A DNA stretch of 64,000 nt from Azonexus sp. (GCA_041904995.1 JAYRMB010000003.1:86447-150446); one strand, 5' to 3'. Positions 1 through 11,734 are shown, counted from the first letter of the stretch. Program-made: numbers and translations. Notes: generated by a model from the sequence alone, not told the origin.

Positions 1-163
1 CACCAAGTCGTCGGCGGCGCTGTTGGCCGAGAACCACAGCGAGGTGCCGAGCAGTTGGGCGAGGACGATGGTGACGACGGGCGGCATGGCGAAATCCGAC
101 AGGAGGTCGGCGGATTATCGGAGCGGACAGGGGCGTTTGCCAATGCCCCTCGGGTAATGCCCG

Positions 164-2071
<1,908 letters not shown>

Positions 2072-2291
2072 GAGGCCGCGAATTATAATCCCGGATTGCC
2101 CATTAGACGGCCCGCCGGGCCTTGCACGAGCGCTGGCGGTCGTTCGGCGGCGCCTTGCCGCCGTCGCTTCGCGCCAATGGGAGCCACCATTGGCTTGGCG
2201 CGCCAGCGTCAATTCGCTCGCTAAACGCCGCGCCATCGTCTCGCACCCTAATGAACATCCGGGATAACGGCGGCCTGCTAAAATCCGCCGC

Positions 2292-3497
2292 ATGATCAAG
2301 CAGATTCGCGCCGACCAGCTCAAGCCGGGCATGTATATCCACGACCTGAATTGTGGCTGGATGGATCATCCTTTCATGACCAATGCTTTCCACGTGCGCG
2401 ATCAGTCGACCGTGGAAAAGATCGTCAATCTCGGCATCCGTGAGTTGTACATCGACACGGTCAAAGGGGCGGACGTCTGGGAGGCGCGTACTCAGGGCGA
2501 GGTCAATGCCGAACTCGATGTGCGCATCCGCGAAATCGCCCGCAAGCAGACCGACAAACCAATCGTCACCGAGCTCAAGGAAGAAGCGGTGCGGGCCCAT
2601 CGACTTCATGGCGAAGCCAACAAGATCGTCCGCCACATGATGGAGGATGTCCGCCTCGGCCAGCAAATTCAGGTCGAGCGGGTCGAGCCGCTGGTCGAGG
2701 GCATGGTCGATTCCATCTTCCGCAACCAGGATGCCCTGTTGCCGCTGGCCCGCTTGAAGAACCACGACGACTACACCTTCGAGCATTCGGTCAGCGTCTG
2801 CGCGCTGCTTGTCGCCTTCGGCCGCGGCATGAAGCTCGAGCGCCAGCAGATCAAGGAACTGGCGCTGGGCGGGCTGTTGCACGATGTCGGCAAGGCCAAG
2901 ATACCGGACAGCATCCTGAACAAGCCGGCTAAGCTCTCGGACGAGGAATTCGCCACCATGCAGTCGCACGTGGCGCAAAGCGTGCTGCTGCTGAAGGACG
3001 CGCCGGGCATCAGCCGCATTGCCCTGCAGGTGGCCGGCGAACATCATGAACGTTTCGACGGCACCGGTTATCCGCGCAAGCTGGACGGCGAGCATATCTC
3101 GCTCTATGGCCAGATGGCAGCCATCGTCGACGTTTACGACGCCATCTCTTCGGAGCGCGTCTATCATAAGGGCATGCCGGCCTCGATGGCGTTGAAGAAG
3201 CTGCTCGAATGGAGCGCCCACCACTTCGATCCGCAACTGGTGCAGACTTTCATCCGCGCCATCGGCATCTATCCGACTGGAACGCTGGTGCGTCTGGAAA
3301 GCAATCGCATGGGCGTGGTCGTCGAGCAAAATGAAGGCAATTTGCTCGAACCGGTCGTCCGCGTGTTCTATCATGCGGCCAAACAGCATTATCTGCCGCC
3401 GGAGATCGTCAACCTGGCCAAGACCCAGGACCGCATCGCCAGCTTCGAAAGTTTCGAGAAATGGAAAATCGACCCCTATCAATGGCTCCCCTCCTGA
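2292..3497 (+). CDS. DUF3391/HD-GYP c-di-GMP phosphodiesterase
   Basis: N-term MIKQIRADQLKPGMYI; LLHDVGK and HHERFDGTGYP motifs intact. Confidence 0.92.
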   Translation: MIKQIRADQLKPGMYIHDLNCGWMDHPFMTNAFHVRDQSTVEKIVNLGIRELYIDTVKGADVWEARTQGEVNAELDVRIREIARKQTDKPIVTELKEEAVRAHRLHGEANKIVRHMMEDVRLGQQIQVERVEPLVEGMVDSIFRNQDALLPLARLKNHDDYTFEHSVSVCALLVAFGRGMKLERQQIKELALGGLLHDVGKAKIPDSILNKPAKLSDEEFATMQSHVAQSVLLLKDAPGISRIALQVAGEHHERFDGTGYPRKLDGEHISLYGQMAAIVDVYDAISSERVYHKGMPASMALKKLLEWSAHHFDPQLVQTFIRAIGIYPTGTLVRLESNRMGVVVEQNEGNLLEPVVRVFYHAAKQHYLPPEIVNLAKTQDRIASFESFEKWKIDPYQWLPS

Positions 3498-4063
3498 TTG
3501 CCGCACTGCTGGCCTGGCCGCTGGCTGCAGCAGCGAGCGAGCCGTCGCCGGGCCAGCAGGCCGCGTGGGAGGCTCGTCTCGAGCAGGCCGCCAAATTGCA
3601 GGCCGAAGGCAAGGAAATGCAGGATTCCATCGACAAGACTTTCGACGAGCAGACCAAGGCCTGCTACAAGAAATTCCAGGTCAATTCCTGCTTGAAGGAA
3701 TCCAAGCTCCAGCATTCGAAGTCGTCGCATCAGGCCCAGCGCCTGATTAACGAGGGCAAGGCCATCGAGCGTAGCGTTAAGAAGGAGCAGCTGGCCGACA
3801 AGGATGCCCGTCAGGCGGCCGAAGCGCCGCAACGCGAAGCCGAATTGAAGGCGCGCGAACGCGAGGTCAGCGCCGAGCAGGCCGAGAAGGCCGCGCAAAT
3901 CGAGCAGACCCGCGCCGACAAGGAAAGAAGAGCGGCCGAAGGTGCCAAGCGTAAGGCAGAGCAAGCCGAACGCCAGCGCAAGAAGGTCGAGGAGCACGAA
4001 GCGCGGCTGGCGGCCAAGAAGGCGCAGGCCGAGCGGCGGGCCGCCGAGGCAGAAGCGAAGTAG
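3482..4063 (+). CDS. Exported coiled-coil hypothetical protein
   Basis: Signal peptide MAPLLIAALLAWPLAAAA, C-x8-C pair, long A/E/K/R-rich helical tail; overlaps the upstream stop, operon-like. Confidence 0.7.
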   Translation: MAPLLIAALLAWPLAAAASEPSPGQQAAWEARLEQAAKLQAEGKEMQDSIDKTFDEQTKACYKKFQVNSCLKESKLQHSKSSHQAQRLINEGKAIERSVKKEQLADKDARQAAEAPQREAELKAREREVSAEQAEKAAQIEQTRADKERRAAEGAKRKAEQAERQRKKVEEHEARLAAKKAQAERRAAEAEAK

Positions 4064-4074
4064 CGAGGCCCGGC

Positions 4075-4413
4075 GTGATCCGCAAGATTCCGATCCGCGA
4101 TCTGCAGCCCGGCATGTTTGTCGTCGATCTGCACAAGCACTGGTTGGAACACAATATCTGGCGGAAACGCTTCATGGTGCGCGATGCGGCCCACGTGGCC
4201 CATCTTGTCGACGAAGGCATCCATGAGGTCAGCATCGACACCGAGCGCGGCCTCGACATTCCGCCCTCGCCGATTCAGCGCATCAACGCCGTCGAACAGA
4301 AAATCCGCTCGCTGGCCGACATCAAGGCCGAAATGCCGCGCCTCGTCTCGCTTGGCGAAGAGCGCCGAAGGGCGGCTCGGCTGATCAAGGAAGCCAATGC
4401 GCTGGTCACCGAC
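4075..4413 (+). pseudogene. 5' half (113 codons) of a DUF3391/HD-GYP gene interrupted by the IS21-type element
   Basis: MIRKIPIRDLQPGMFV... is paralogous to 2292-3497; similarity stops at LVTD, exactly at the target duplication. Confidence 0.92.
4409..4413. repeat. Target-site duplication CCGAC (left copy)
   Basis: Identical CCGAC at 28357-28361; removing the element plus one copy restores the reading frame. Confidence 0.92.
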
Positions 4414-4520
4414 TGTGTTTTATCCCCCCGATTGCCCACCCTTACCATTGTCACAGACCACTGTTACCAGAATCGCTGCCCAGTCAGAAGCAACTGACCA
4501 CGTATTACCATTCTGACCAG
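4414..4520 (+). repeat. Left end with tandem transposase-binding-like repeats
   Basis: 19-nt units TTA(T/C)C...G(A/C)CCA at 4420, 4442 and 4464 (22-bp period), plus further GACCA units ending at 4500 and 4519. Confidence 0.75.
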
Positions 4521-4590
4521 TACGTTCCCTGCGCCCAGCAATCTCGCCTGACCACGATCCAGTTGCCCGACCACCTGATCGGCAGTCCAC

Positions 4591-4622
4591 AAAAAACGGA
4601 GGGGGTGTGACGCCCCTCCGTT
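4591..4622 (-). terminator. Intrinsic terminator after istB
   Basis: Minus strand AACGGAGGGG-loop-CCCCTCCGTT followed by a T-run. Confidence 0.7.
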
Positions 4623-4646
4623 GCTATGGTACAGCTCTGCTTGATA

Positions 4647-5405
4647 TCAATTAGTTGTTGCTGGCGTACTCTTGATTCCCCGGCGTTTGCGGATCGATTC
4701 CCCTCGAATTTCAAGACGGTGGGCTGAATGCACGATCCGGTCGAGCAAGGCGTCGGCAACCGTTGGCTCACCGATCCGGTCATGCCATTCGGTTACCGGG
4801 TGCTGGCTCGTCAAGATCAGAGAATTTTTCCCGGCCCGATCATCAACCAGTTCCAGTACCTCGCGAGCCGCGCCGGCATCCAGGGGGGCCATCAACCAAT
4901 CATCCAAAATGATTACCGAGGCTTTCGCCAACTGGGCTCGCAACCTGGACAGCGACCCGTCGCCCTTGGCCACAGTCAGTTCCTCCACCAAACGCGACAA
5001 CCGAAAATATCGAACTGATTTACCTTGCCGGCAAAGCTGGATGCCAAACGCAGATGCCATCCAGGATTTGCCTGCGCCCGTCGCTCCGGTAATGATCACG
5101 TGCTGTCCGGCTTCTACCCAATGCCCTAGCGCAAGCGAATTGATCAATGAGCGGTCCAAACGGCGAGCAGGATCATAGTCGATCCCTTCGATGCAGGCCC
5201 CTGGTTCCTTGAGCTTGGCATCCTTTACTAGCTTTGCCATGCGCTTGGTGTTGCGAGCCGAAACTTCCGCCTCGACCAGCATGCCAATCCGATCCTCGAA
5301 CGGCAGGGACTGAACGTCCGTTTGCCCCAACTGCAATTCCAGCGCACTGACCATCCCTGTAAGTCGCAGCTCGCGCAGCTGGTTGAAAGTTTGTTGAATC
5401 AGCAT
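4647..5405 (-). CDS. istB: IS21-family helper AAA+ ATPase IstB
   Basis: Walker A GATGAGKS, Walker B IILDDW, LILTSQHP, ADALLDRIVH, GESIR. Confidence 0.96.
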   Translation of the reverse strand: MLIQQTFNQLRELRLTGMVSALELQLGQTDVQSLPFEDRIGMLVEAEVSARNTKRMAKLVKDAKLKEPGACIEGIDYDPARRLDRSLINSLALGHWVEAGQHVIITGATGAGKSWMASAFGIQLCRQGKSVRYFRLSRLVEELTVAKGDGSLSRLRAQLAKASVIILDDWLMAPLDAGAAREVLELVDDRAGKNSLILTSQHPVTEWHDRIGEPTVADALLDRIVHSAHRLEIRGESIRKRRGIKSTPATTN

Positions 5406-5414
5406 GAAGACTCC

Positions 5415-6947
5415 TTAATGGTAATACCCGGCACCGCGGATATTGGCGTGCGTCTGAACGAGAGCGGGCTCTGTAGATTCCTGTGGCAAGGCCGCCGGAC
5501 TTTGCTTATCTCGTCCTGTCCGCAGAATCGAGCGAATACTGGATAAAGTCAGTGAGTTGATTTGCAACGCCACACCGGCAGCGGACTCCAGACGTTCCAG
5601 ACCGTGGCGCTTGCCTTCTTCGACTAACGCCACGCATGCCCGAAAACCGGCCTCCGGATGTGGCTTGTTGGCCAACAGGTGCCGAAAGATTTTCTCCGTT
5701 GCTTCGCCTACCGACTGCCCCCAGGCGATCAAGCGTGTCGGCGACCAATCGGAATAATGCTGATGCGATGACGGCATGAAGTCGCGATTGGTCGCCCGCA
5801 AGCCTTCGCCATACAGGCGAACGTGACTCGCAACCCGCCGGTGCTTGAACAGTACCTCCACCGTCTTCGCCGTCGCACGGATATCCACCGACTGATCGAC
5901 CAAACCGTGTGGAACCATATAGAAACAACCGTCGTACTCAACCATGTAATCCAGTCCGACCCGCGTACCCAGTTTCCAGTCGGCGTATTCATAGGGTTCC
6001 GGCGGCAAAGCCTTCAACGCCGGTTGATCAATTTGAGCAAAATGCTCGTTCCTTGAACCTTTCAATTTCTTGAACGGACGAGCGTTGAATTCCTCTAGTA
6101 AGAGCCGGATAGCGGCGTTTGCTTCCTCAATACTAAAAAATACCCGGTTACGCAGCTTGGCCAGAATCCACATTTGCGCGATGCGAACTCCGCCCTCAAC
6201 CTTTGCCTTGTCCTTCGGGTGTTTTGGTCGAGCAGGTATGATCACCGTCCGATAGTGGCGAGCAAAATCGACGAAACGCGGATTGAGCTTGATATTCCCC
6301 TTCCCATTTTTCAGCACCGCCGATTTCAGATTGTCGGGAACGATCATCGACGGCACTCCTCCAAAATAAGTCAGAGCATTGGCATTTGCCAGCAGCCACT
6401 CAGGTTCCTGCTGCGAGCGGCCAGCCTCAACGTAAGCTTTGCTGGAAGCCCCCATCACCGCCACGAAAATTTCCGCCATCGTCACCTCGCCGGTTTCCCG
6501 GTCGGTGATCGGCAGTCGCTTTCCCGAGTAATCGACAAACAGTTTTTCGCCGGCGCGATGGATCTGCCGCATCGTGATGTTGAGCTTGCGCGCCCACCGT
6601 TTATAGAGACGGGAAACGTGGACATAGGAATAGCCGGTTGGGTGATCGGCTCGGTATTCCTGCCAGAGTAGTTCGATTGTTACCCCTCGAATTTTGAGTT
6701 CGCGATGCCACTGCTCAAAATCCGGTAGAGGCCGATCTGCATCGCAAGAGAGGGGACGAGCATTGAAGCTGTTCTCCAATGCTGTATCGTCCATGGCCTC
6801 GATTTGGTCGAGGGTGATGCTTTTCTCGACTCTTAGCCGATCGTAACGACTGACAGTGTTATGACTGATGCCAATAATGCCGCCAATTTCCCGGTAGGTC
6901 ATTCCCCCGGCGAAAAGAACACGCAGTATTTCTCGGATGGTACTCAT
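5415..6947 (-). CDS. istA: IS21-family DDE transposase IstA (IS408-like)
   Basis: N-terminal HTH, GEKLFVDYSG, IVPDNLKS, PKDKAKVEGGV, YMVPH; RBS AAGGAGG before MSTIRE. An ATG at 7079 is an alternative start. Confidence 0.95.
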   Translation of the reverse strand: MSTIREILRVLFAGGMTYREIGGIIGISHNTVSRYDRLRVEKSITLDQIEAMDDTALENSFNARPLSCDADRPLPDFEQWHRELKIRGVTIELLWQEYRADHPTGYSYVHVSRLYKRWARKLNITMRQIHRAGEKLFVDYSGKRLPITDRETGEVTMAEIFVAVMGASSKAYVEAGRSQQEPEWLLANANALTYFGGVPSMIVPDNLKSAVLKNGKGNIKLNPRFVDFARHYRTVIIPARPKHPKDKAKVEGGVRIAQMWILAKLRNRVFFSIEEANAAIRLLLEEFNARPFKKLKGSRNEHFAQIDQPALKALPPEPYEYADWKLGTRVGLDYMVEYDGCFYMVPHGLVDQSVDIRATAKTVEVLFKHRRVASHVRLYGEGLRATNRDFMPSSHQHYSDWSPTRLIAWGQSVGEATEKIFRHLLANKPHPEAGFRACVALVEEGKRHGLERLESAAGVALQINSLTLSSIRSILRTGRDKQSPAALPQESTEPALVQTHANIRGAGYYH

Positions 6948-7219
6948 CCTTGCCTCCTTGAAGCTATTTGGCAAGGGGACGACAAATCGACGTGACGGCC
7001 CCTTGCCATCAAAACGATCCAAGCCCGTCGTCTTGACATGGAATGGAGCAGAAGGCAGAATGAATTCGTAGTGATTCATTAGCGCTTCAGAAAACGGCCG
7101 CGGTTGGCAGACCAAGGCCGTTTTTGCTTTTGTGCTCCCGCTGTTTGATGCAATACGGGTCACTAGATCATTCGACGACCTCCTTTGCGCTACCAAACTT
7201 CGCGAGGAGTATCGACCGA

Positions 7220-7462
7220 TTAGTGCGCGAGAGCGCCATCTTCGATACCTTGCTTGATGCCGAGACGTACGGCAATTCGGTGGGACTGGCCGCGCAAGCA
7301 CTTCTTGCGACCGCCCAGAATGTCGAAGACCAGATTTGCGGAGAAGCCATTCTCCCGAGCCCAGGCGGAGATGCACAAGCCACGAGCAACAAAATCGGCG
7401 CGGACTTCCGCTAGGGTTTTGACGTGCGCTGACCTATCATTACGGTCATTCATGGATCGCAT
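7220..7462 (-). CDS. Ner-like phage DNA-binding protein (BcepMu gp16-type)
   Basis: ISAWARENGFSANLVFDILGGRKKCLRGQSHRIAVRLGIKQG matches the recognisable gp16-family pattern; co-oriented upstream of istA. Confidence 0.8.
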   Translation of the reverse strand: MRSMNDRNDRSAHVKTLAEVRADFVARGLCISAWARENGFSANLVFDILGGRKKCLRGQSHRIAVRLGIKQGIEDGALAH

Positions 7463-7538
7463 CCTTTCCCGAGTGATTGAGAGTTGATGCGAGTGATTTT
7501 CCGCACTTTAGTTACAAACGTCAACACCAAAGAGCGAG

Positions 7539-8012
7539 ATGCGCAAACTCTCCAATACGAACGCCCCGGACGAAGAGGTCGAATCGACCGCCGCCAACCC
7601 CGTGCCAGAAGAAACATTAGCCGATCGTTTGCAGATGATCATCGGCAGCGAGTCCGTCGCCTCGTTTGCGCGACGTAGTGGTGTGGGAGAGAGTTTGCTG
7701 CGCAAGTATCTGAACGGCGCATTACCGAATTCAAACAATCTGGTGCTGCTAGCCGATGCCGCGGGATGCTATGTCGATTGGCTGGCGTGCGGCCGCCCAC
7801 CGATAATGCGCGTAGATCCGGCTGCTGGCACAGAGTGTTCTGACACAGAAGGCGAGTTTCTGCTGCTGAAGCGTTACCGTGCTGCCGATGACGATGAGAA
7901 AGCTGCGGTCCGAGCCTTGCTCGACGCGATAGCGAATCCGGGAGGCGGCGCCTGGTTCCGGGTCGGGCAGGCGATAACCAGCATCGCCAATATCTTTCCG
8001 CGCAAAAAATAG
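7539..8012 (+). CDS. Phage CI-like XRE HTH repressor (no S24 peptidase domain)
   Basis: LADRLQMIIG..SVASFARRSGVGESLLRKYLNG..P...LVLLADAAG..VDWLACGR; divergent from the Ner-like gene. Confidence 0.82.
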   Translation: MRKLSNTNAPDEEVESTAANPVPEETLADRLQMIIGSESVASFARRSGVGESLLRKYLNGALPNSNNLVLLADAAGCYVDWLACGRPPIMRVDPAAGTECSDTEGEFLLLKRYRAADDDEKAAVRALLDAIANPGGGAWFRVGQAITSIANIFPRKK

Positions 8013-8257
8013 CGGCTACTCTAATGAGCAGCACTCCCTGCGAGTCAGGTGTTAGTGCTAATCTGGGAAATCTTGCGCCAGAGACGTCATCTCGAAGGCA
8101 ATATCAGCTCGTGCACCGGCACACGTAGCGCATCCGCCAATTTATCGATATTGTCAATCGGGGTGTTCCGGACACCGCTCTCCACATGCGCAACAAATGT
8201 CCGGTTCAGATTCGCCTCCTGCGCCAGGTCTTCCTGAGACACTATCCATTCAACCCG

Positions 8258-9205
8258 CTAGCTGTGTAAACCCACCAGGTTGTTCAGAGAGGTAATGCGG
8301 GAGACTGGAGGCAGATATTGAAGACTGGCATGAGGGCGATGCCAGTTGTATTGATGCAGCCAGAGGGGGAGATGTTGAGCGCGGTGGTCGGAGGATTCAT
8401 AGGTGCGCGCATAGGCCCATTCCCGCAAGGCAGTCTGGATGAAGCGCTCGGCCTTGCCGTTGGTTTGCGGTGTATAGGGCTTGGTCCGCAGATGGCGCAG
8501 CCCCAGTCGTTGGCAGAGACGGGCGAAGCGCCGGGATTTGTAGCAGGCGCCGTTATCGGTCAGGACCCGCCGGAAGGTGACGCCGAACTGGCGGTAGTAG
8601 CGCAGGGCCGAGAGCAATGCGCGACAAGCGCTCCGGCCGCTCTCGTCGGGCTGGATGTCGGCAAAGGCGACTCTCGAGTTGTCGTCGAGGGCGACATGGA
8701 CGAATTCCCAGCCGGCGCCGGGCGAGGTCTGCGTGTGGTCCGCGGTCACCCGATGCCCCGGGCGGTGGAAGCGCCCGAGCTTCTTGATGTCGAGATGGAG
8801 CATGTCGCCCGGTGCGGGATGCTCATAACGCACGACGGGGGCCGCCGGCTCCAGTGAGGCCAGGCGGTTGAGTCCGGCGCGCTGGAGCCAGCGTGCCACG
8901 GTGCTGTGGCCGACGCCGCATTGCTGACTGATCTGGCGATAGGTCTGGCGGCTACGCCGTTGCTCGATCACCTGAGCCTGGATGGCCGGCGACAAGGCAT
9001 GGGGACAGGTTTGGGGGCGTGATGAGCGATCACTGAGTCCGGCCACGCCTTCGGCGCGGAAACGCTGCAGCCATTTGTAGGCGGTGCGCACACTGACGCC
9101 GCTGGCTTGGGCGGCTTCCTCGGGGCGCAGCCTACCATCGAGCATGCGACGAACCAGAAGGGCTCGACCGTGCGGCGTTAATCGGGCATTTTTATGGATG
9201 TTCAT
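8258..9205 (-). CDS. IS481-family transposase
   Basis: MNIHKNARLT, LHLDIKKLG, VLTDNG, PQTNGKAERFIQT, YNWHRPH; the stop codon comes from the target CTAG. Confidence 0.95.
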   Translation of the reverse strand: MNIHKNARLTPHGRALLVRRMLDGRLRPEEAAQASGVSVRTAYKWLQRFRAEGVAGLSDRSSRPQTCPHALSPAIQAQVIEQRRSRQTYRQISQQCGVGHSTVARWLQRAGLNRLASLEPAAPVVRYEHPAPGDMLHLDIKKLGRFHRPGHRVTADHTQTSPGAGWEFVHVALDDNSRVAFADIQPDESGRSACRALLSALRYYRQFGVTFRRVLTDNGACYKSRRFARLCQRLGLRHLRTKPYTPQTNGKAERFIQTALREWAYARTYESSDHRAQHLPLWLHQYNWHRPHASLQYLPPVSRITSLNNLVGLHS

Positions 9206-9288
9206 TCGGGGCCCCGGCGGCTTGGTTGGTTGGCGCCTCCAATTCTCCGGGGAAACACCCCGAGTGAACAACCTACAGAGAGATCACA
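8263..9288 (-). mobile_element. IS481-family insertion sequence (1026 bp)
   Basis: TGT...ACA ends with imperfect 24-bp IRs (TGTG...AGGTTGTTCA); 6-bp TSD GCTAGC at 8257-8262 and 9289-9294. Confidence 0.93.
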
Positions 9289-9417
9289 GCTAGCGGCGCA
9301 GACCGTTCACCAGCAGTGCACGTGCCGAACAACTAAATTCCACAGTGAAGGTTCCGAAGGCCCGTTCAGACCGTAGGCAGCCGGCGCGGTGGATAACGCG
9401 GATTTCATGCGGCGAGG

Positions 9418-9555
9418 TTTTCCTGCGGCAATCTGGTTCGGATGCACATCGAATTGCTGCGCGAACTCGGCTAGCGTCCTGTCGCCGTTCAAGGCGACGA
9501 TCGCCACCTTGGCCTTGAATTCCGGCGAATGATTCCGCCGCTTTCTTCTTGTCAT
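9418..9555 (-). pseudogene. IS3-family transposase OrfA fragment
   Basis: MTRRKRRNHSPEFKAKVAIVALNGDRTLAEFAQQFDVHPNQI, after which similarity is lost; no OrfB. Confidence 0.75.
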
Positions 9556-10080
9556 GCTCCTGCTCCATTTCTCCGCCACTACGGGGCCTGCGATTGAGCA
9601 AGGCCATTATTTTTCCAACTTTCCGGGGATGGTTATAAGCGGGCGCGTCGTGCAATGCCATTTTTCCGACAGAAGAAGCGCAATTGGGAGCCGAAATCTG
9701 GGACTTAATTTCGACAGTCTGTTAGAGCGAATGAAGTGCATAAAAGATTCTTTCGGCATATGCCGTTAACATTCAGTCATGCTGTTGACATTTTGTGGAA
9801 AATAATAATAATGCCAAGTCAATGCTGACCGGAGTGGCTGAAGGAAGACTAATGATGAAGATGCTTACACAGTTCTTCTACAAAAGAATAGGCATCTCAC
9901 CATCTTGGTTCTGCACCCCACTAAACCAATGATATTTAATAAGAATTAACATCGAGTTGTTCAAAATTTATTAGAAATGTTCTGAACATACACATACATG
10001 CATTCCGCATATCGATCTATGCTCCCGTCCTGTTCATGGGTGCGACGTAGGCATGTGGTGTCACATTTAAGCCAAGAAGA

Positions 10081-10974
10081 ATGATCCAAATAAATTTTAA
10101 GTATTTAATGTTTGTGGCGACGCTATTGCTGGTCGCAATGATGCAGTCAGCATCCTTTGCAGCAGAAGCCCCAAAACAGGAACTTGTGATGGGCTTTGTT
10201 CCCAGTCGCGACGTGAACCAAATCCAGTTTTCTGCGGATCGTATCGCACACTTCCTGTCCGAACAGACCGGCTACAACATCAAGGCTGTTACAGCCCAGA
10301 GTTATGCAGCGGTCGTTGTCGGTATGAGTAACAAGACTATCGATATTGCATTTCTTGGGCCGCTCGATTATGTCGTCGGCCACATCAAGAATGGCGCTTA
10401 TCCAATTACTGCATCAGTCCGTGCAGGCAAGAAGGGATACAACGGCATCGTGATTGTGCGCAAGGACAGCGAGATCACAGATCTGAAAGGTTTGAAAGGC
10501 AAAACGCTTGCCTTGGGTGACCCGCTGTCAGCGTCGTCGAATCTCTATCCAAAATCCGCGATGATCAAAGCCGGTGTCGAGCCGATGAGAGACGTCAGGA
10601 CAATGACGCTAAGCAGCGCCAGCGCGATCGTTATGTCAGTCGCGCAAGGCAAGGTCGATGCAGGCGCGGTATATCTCGATGCGCGCAAAAATCCAGAGGT
10701 AGCTGCGCGCTTCCCGAAAATCATGGATGACACGAGGGTGATTCATTCTACCGAGACGATTCCGGCCGACCCGCAGATTGTGCGAAAGGATCTGAATCCG
10801 GAGCAGGTACAGGCGCTGAAGAGAGCGTTGCTCGTGTTGTCTTCCAACGGCGAAGGCCAGAAATGGCTGAAGGAATTGTTCGGCATCGACCAGTTGGTAG
10901 CAGCGGACGATCGGGACTACGACGGGCTGCGTCACGTAATTCGCGAGGTCAACCCGATGCTGTTGAATCCTTGA
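10081..10974 (+). CDS. phnD: Phosphate/phosphite/phosphonate ABC substrate-binding protein (PhnD-like)
   Basis: Signal peptide, GFVP, DIAFLGPLDY, LKGKTLALGDPLSASSNLYP, IPADP, DRDYD. Substrate not determinable from sequence. Confidence 0.85.
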   Translation: MIQINFKYLMFVATLLLVAMMQSASFAAEAPKQELVMGFVPSRDVNQIQFSADRIAHFLSEQTGYNIKAVTAQSYAAVVVGMSNKTIDIAFLGPLDYVVGHIKNGAYPITASVRAGKKGYNGIVIVRKDSEITDLKGLKGKTLALGDPLSASSNLYPKSAMIKAGVEPMRDVRTMTLSSASAIVMSVAQGKVDAGAVYLDARKNPEVAARFPKIMDDTRVIHSTETIPADPQIVRKDLNPEQVQALKRALLVLSSNGEGQKWLKELFGIDQLVAADDRDYDGLRHVIREVNPMLLNP

Positions 10975-10990
10975 TTGCTCAAGACAGAGC

Positions 10991-11734
10991 ATGGGTGATT
11001 TTCTCAGGACAGCTGGATTGGCGAAGCGTTTCGGTGACGCAGAATTTGCGTTAGCGCCTACGGATCTTGCCTTCGGTCGTGGGCAGTTCGTTGCTGTTAT
11101 CGGCCCATCTGGCGCGGGTAAAACAACGTTCCTGCGCTGCATGAACCGCATGATCGACCCGTCCGAGGGTAAGGTTTTCATCAACGGGCAATGCATCTCA
11201 TCAATGGGAAAGCGTGAGCTGAGGCGGCGCATTGCGATGGTCTTCCAACAACCCAATCTTGTGCAGCGCTTGAGCGCGCTCGATAACGTACTGATCGGAC
11301 GGCTAGGCTTTATGACCGGTATGCGCACATTGCTTCCATGTTTTAGGCGTGAAGACAAGATGAAGGCGCTCTCTGCGCTTGATCGAGTTGGCATGCTCGA
11401 GTACGCCGCTACTAGTTGCGTCAGCCTGTCGGGGGGGCAGCAGCAACGTGTGGCGGTCGCCAGGGCGCTCGCGCAGGAAGCCGATGTACTTCTTGCTGAC
11501 GAGCCCGTGTCCAGCCTGGATCCCGAGAATGCCGCCAAGGTCATGGCGCTCCTGAAGGACATCAATCAACAGGATGGTGTGACTGTGCTTGTAAACTTGC
11601 ATCAGATTGATCTTGCGAGACAGTGCGCCAATACCATCGTGGCATTCAAAGCTGGCCGTGTGGTTTATTTTGGCACTGGCGAGGCTTTCATGGATGAGCA
11701 TTATCAGAAAGTTTTCGTGGCGGCGGCATCGTGA
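10991..11734 (+). CDS. phnC: PhnC-like ABC ATPase
   Basis: GPSGAGKT, VFQQPNLVQRLSALDNVLIGRLG, LSGGQQQRVAVARAL, LADEPVSSLDP, VNLHQ. Confidence 0.88.
   Translation: MGDFLRTAGLAKRFGDAEFALAPTDLAFGRGQFVAVIGPSGAGKTTFLRCMNRMIDPSEGKVFINGQCISSMGKRELRRRIAMVFQQPNLVQRLSALDNVLIGRLGFMTGMRTLLPCFRREDKMKALSALDRVGMLEYAATSCVSLSGGQQQRVAVARALAQEADVLLADEPVSSLDPENAAKVMALLKDINQQDGVTVLVNLHQIDLARQCANTIVAFKAGRVVYFGTGEAFMDEHYQKVFVAAAS

Larger units (their letters stand above)
8087..9343 (-). pseudogene. Small XRE HTH regulator split by IS481
   Basis: Rejoined reading ...ARALLVNGLRR*RVEWIVSQEDLAQEANLNRTFVAHVESGVRNTPIDNIDKLADALRVPVHELI; the in-frame TAG lies in the IS target. Start position uncertain. Confidence 0.8.

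Noticed and set aside
4414-4520. CRISPR-like array from the periodic repeats
   Set aside because: Units are degenerate, about 20 bp in period, lack unique spacers and sit at element termini.
6948-7376. 143-aa N-terminal extension of IstA from the ORF track
   Set aside because: It overlaps the Ner-like gene, and a strong RBS supports the start at 6947. Similar over-long starts were trimmed for yheS, rapZ, liuB, liuD, liuE, liuR and the MBL genes.
7220-8012. Prophage
   Set aside because: Only regulators; no head, tail, terminase or lysis genes in the window.
9700-10080. Pho box upstream of phnD
   Set aside because: Isolated TGTCA-like words without a convincing 11-bp tandem repeat; needs a PWM scan.
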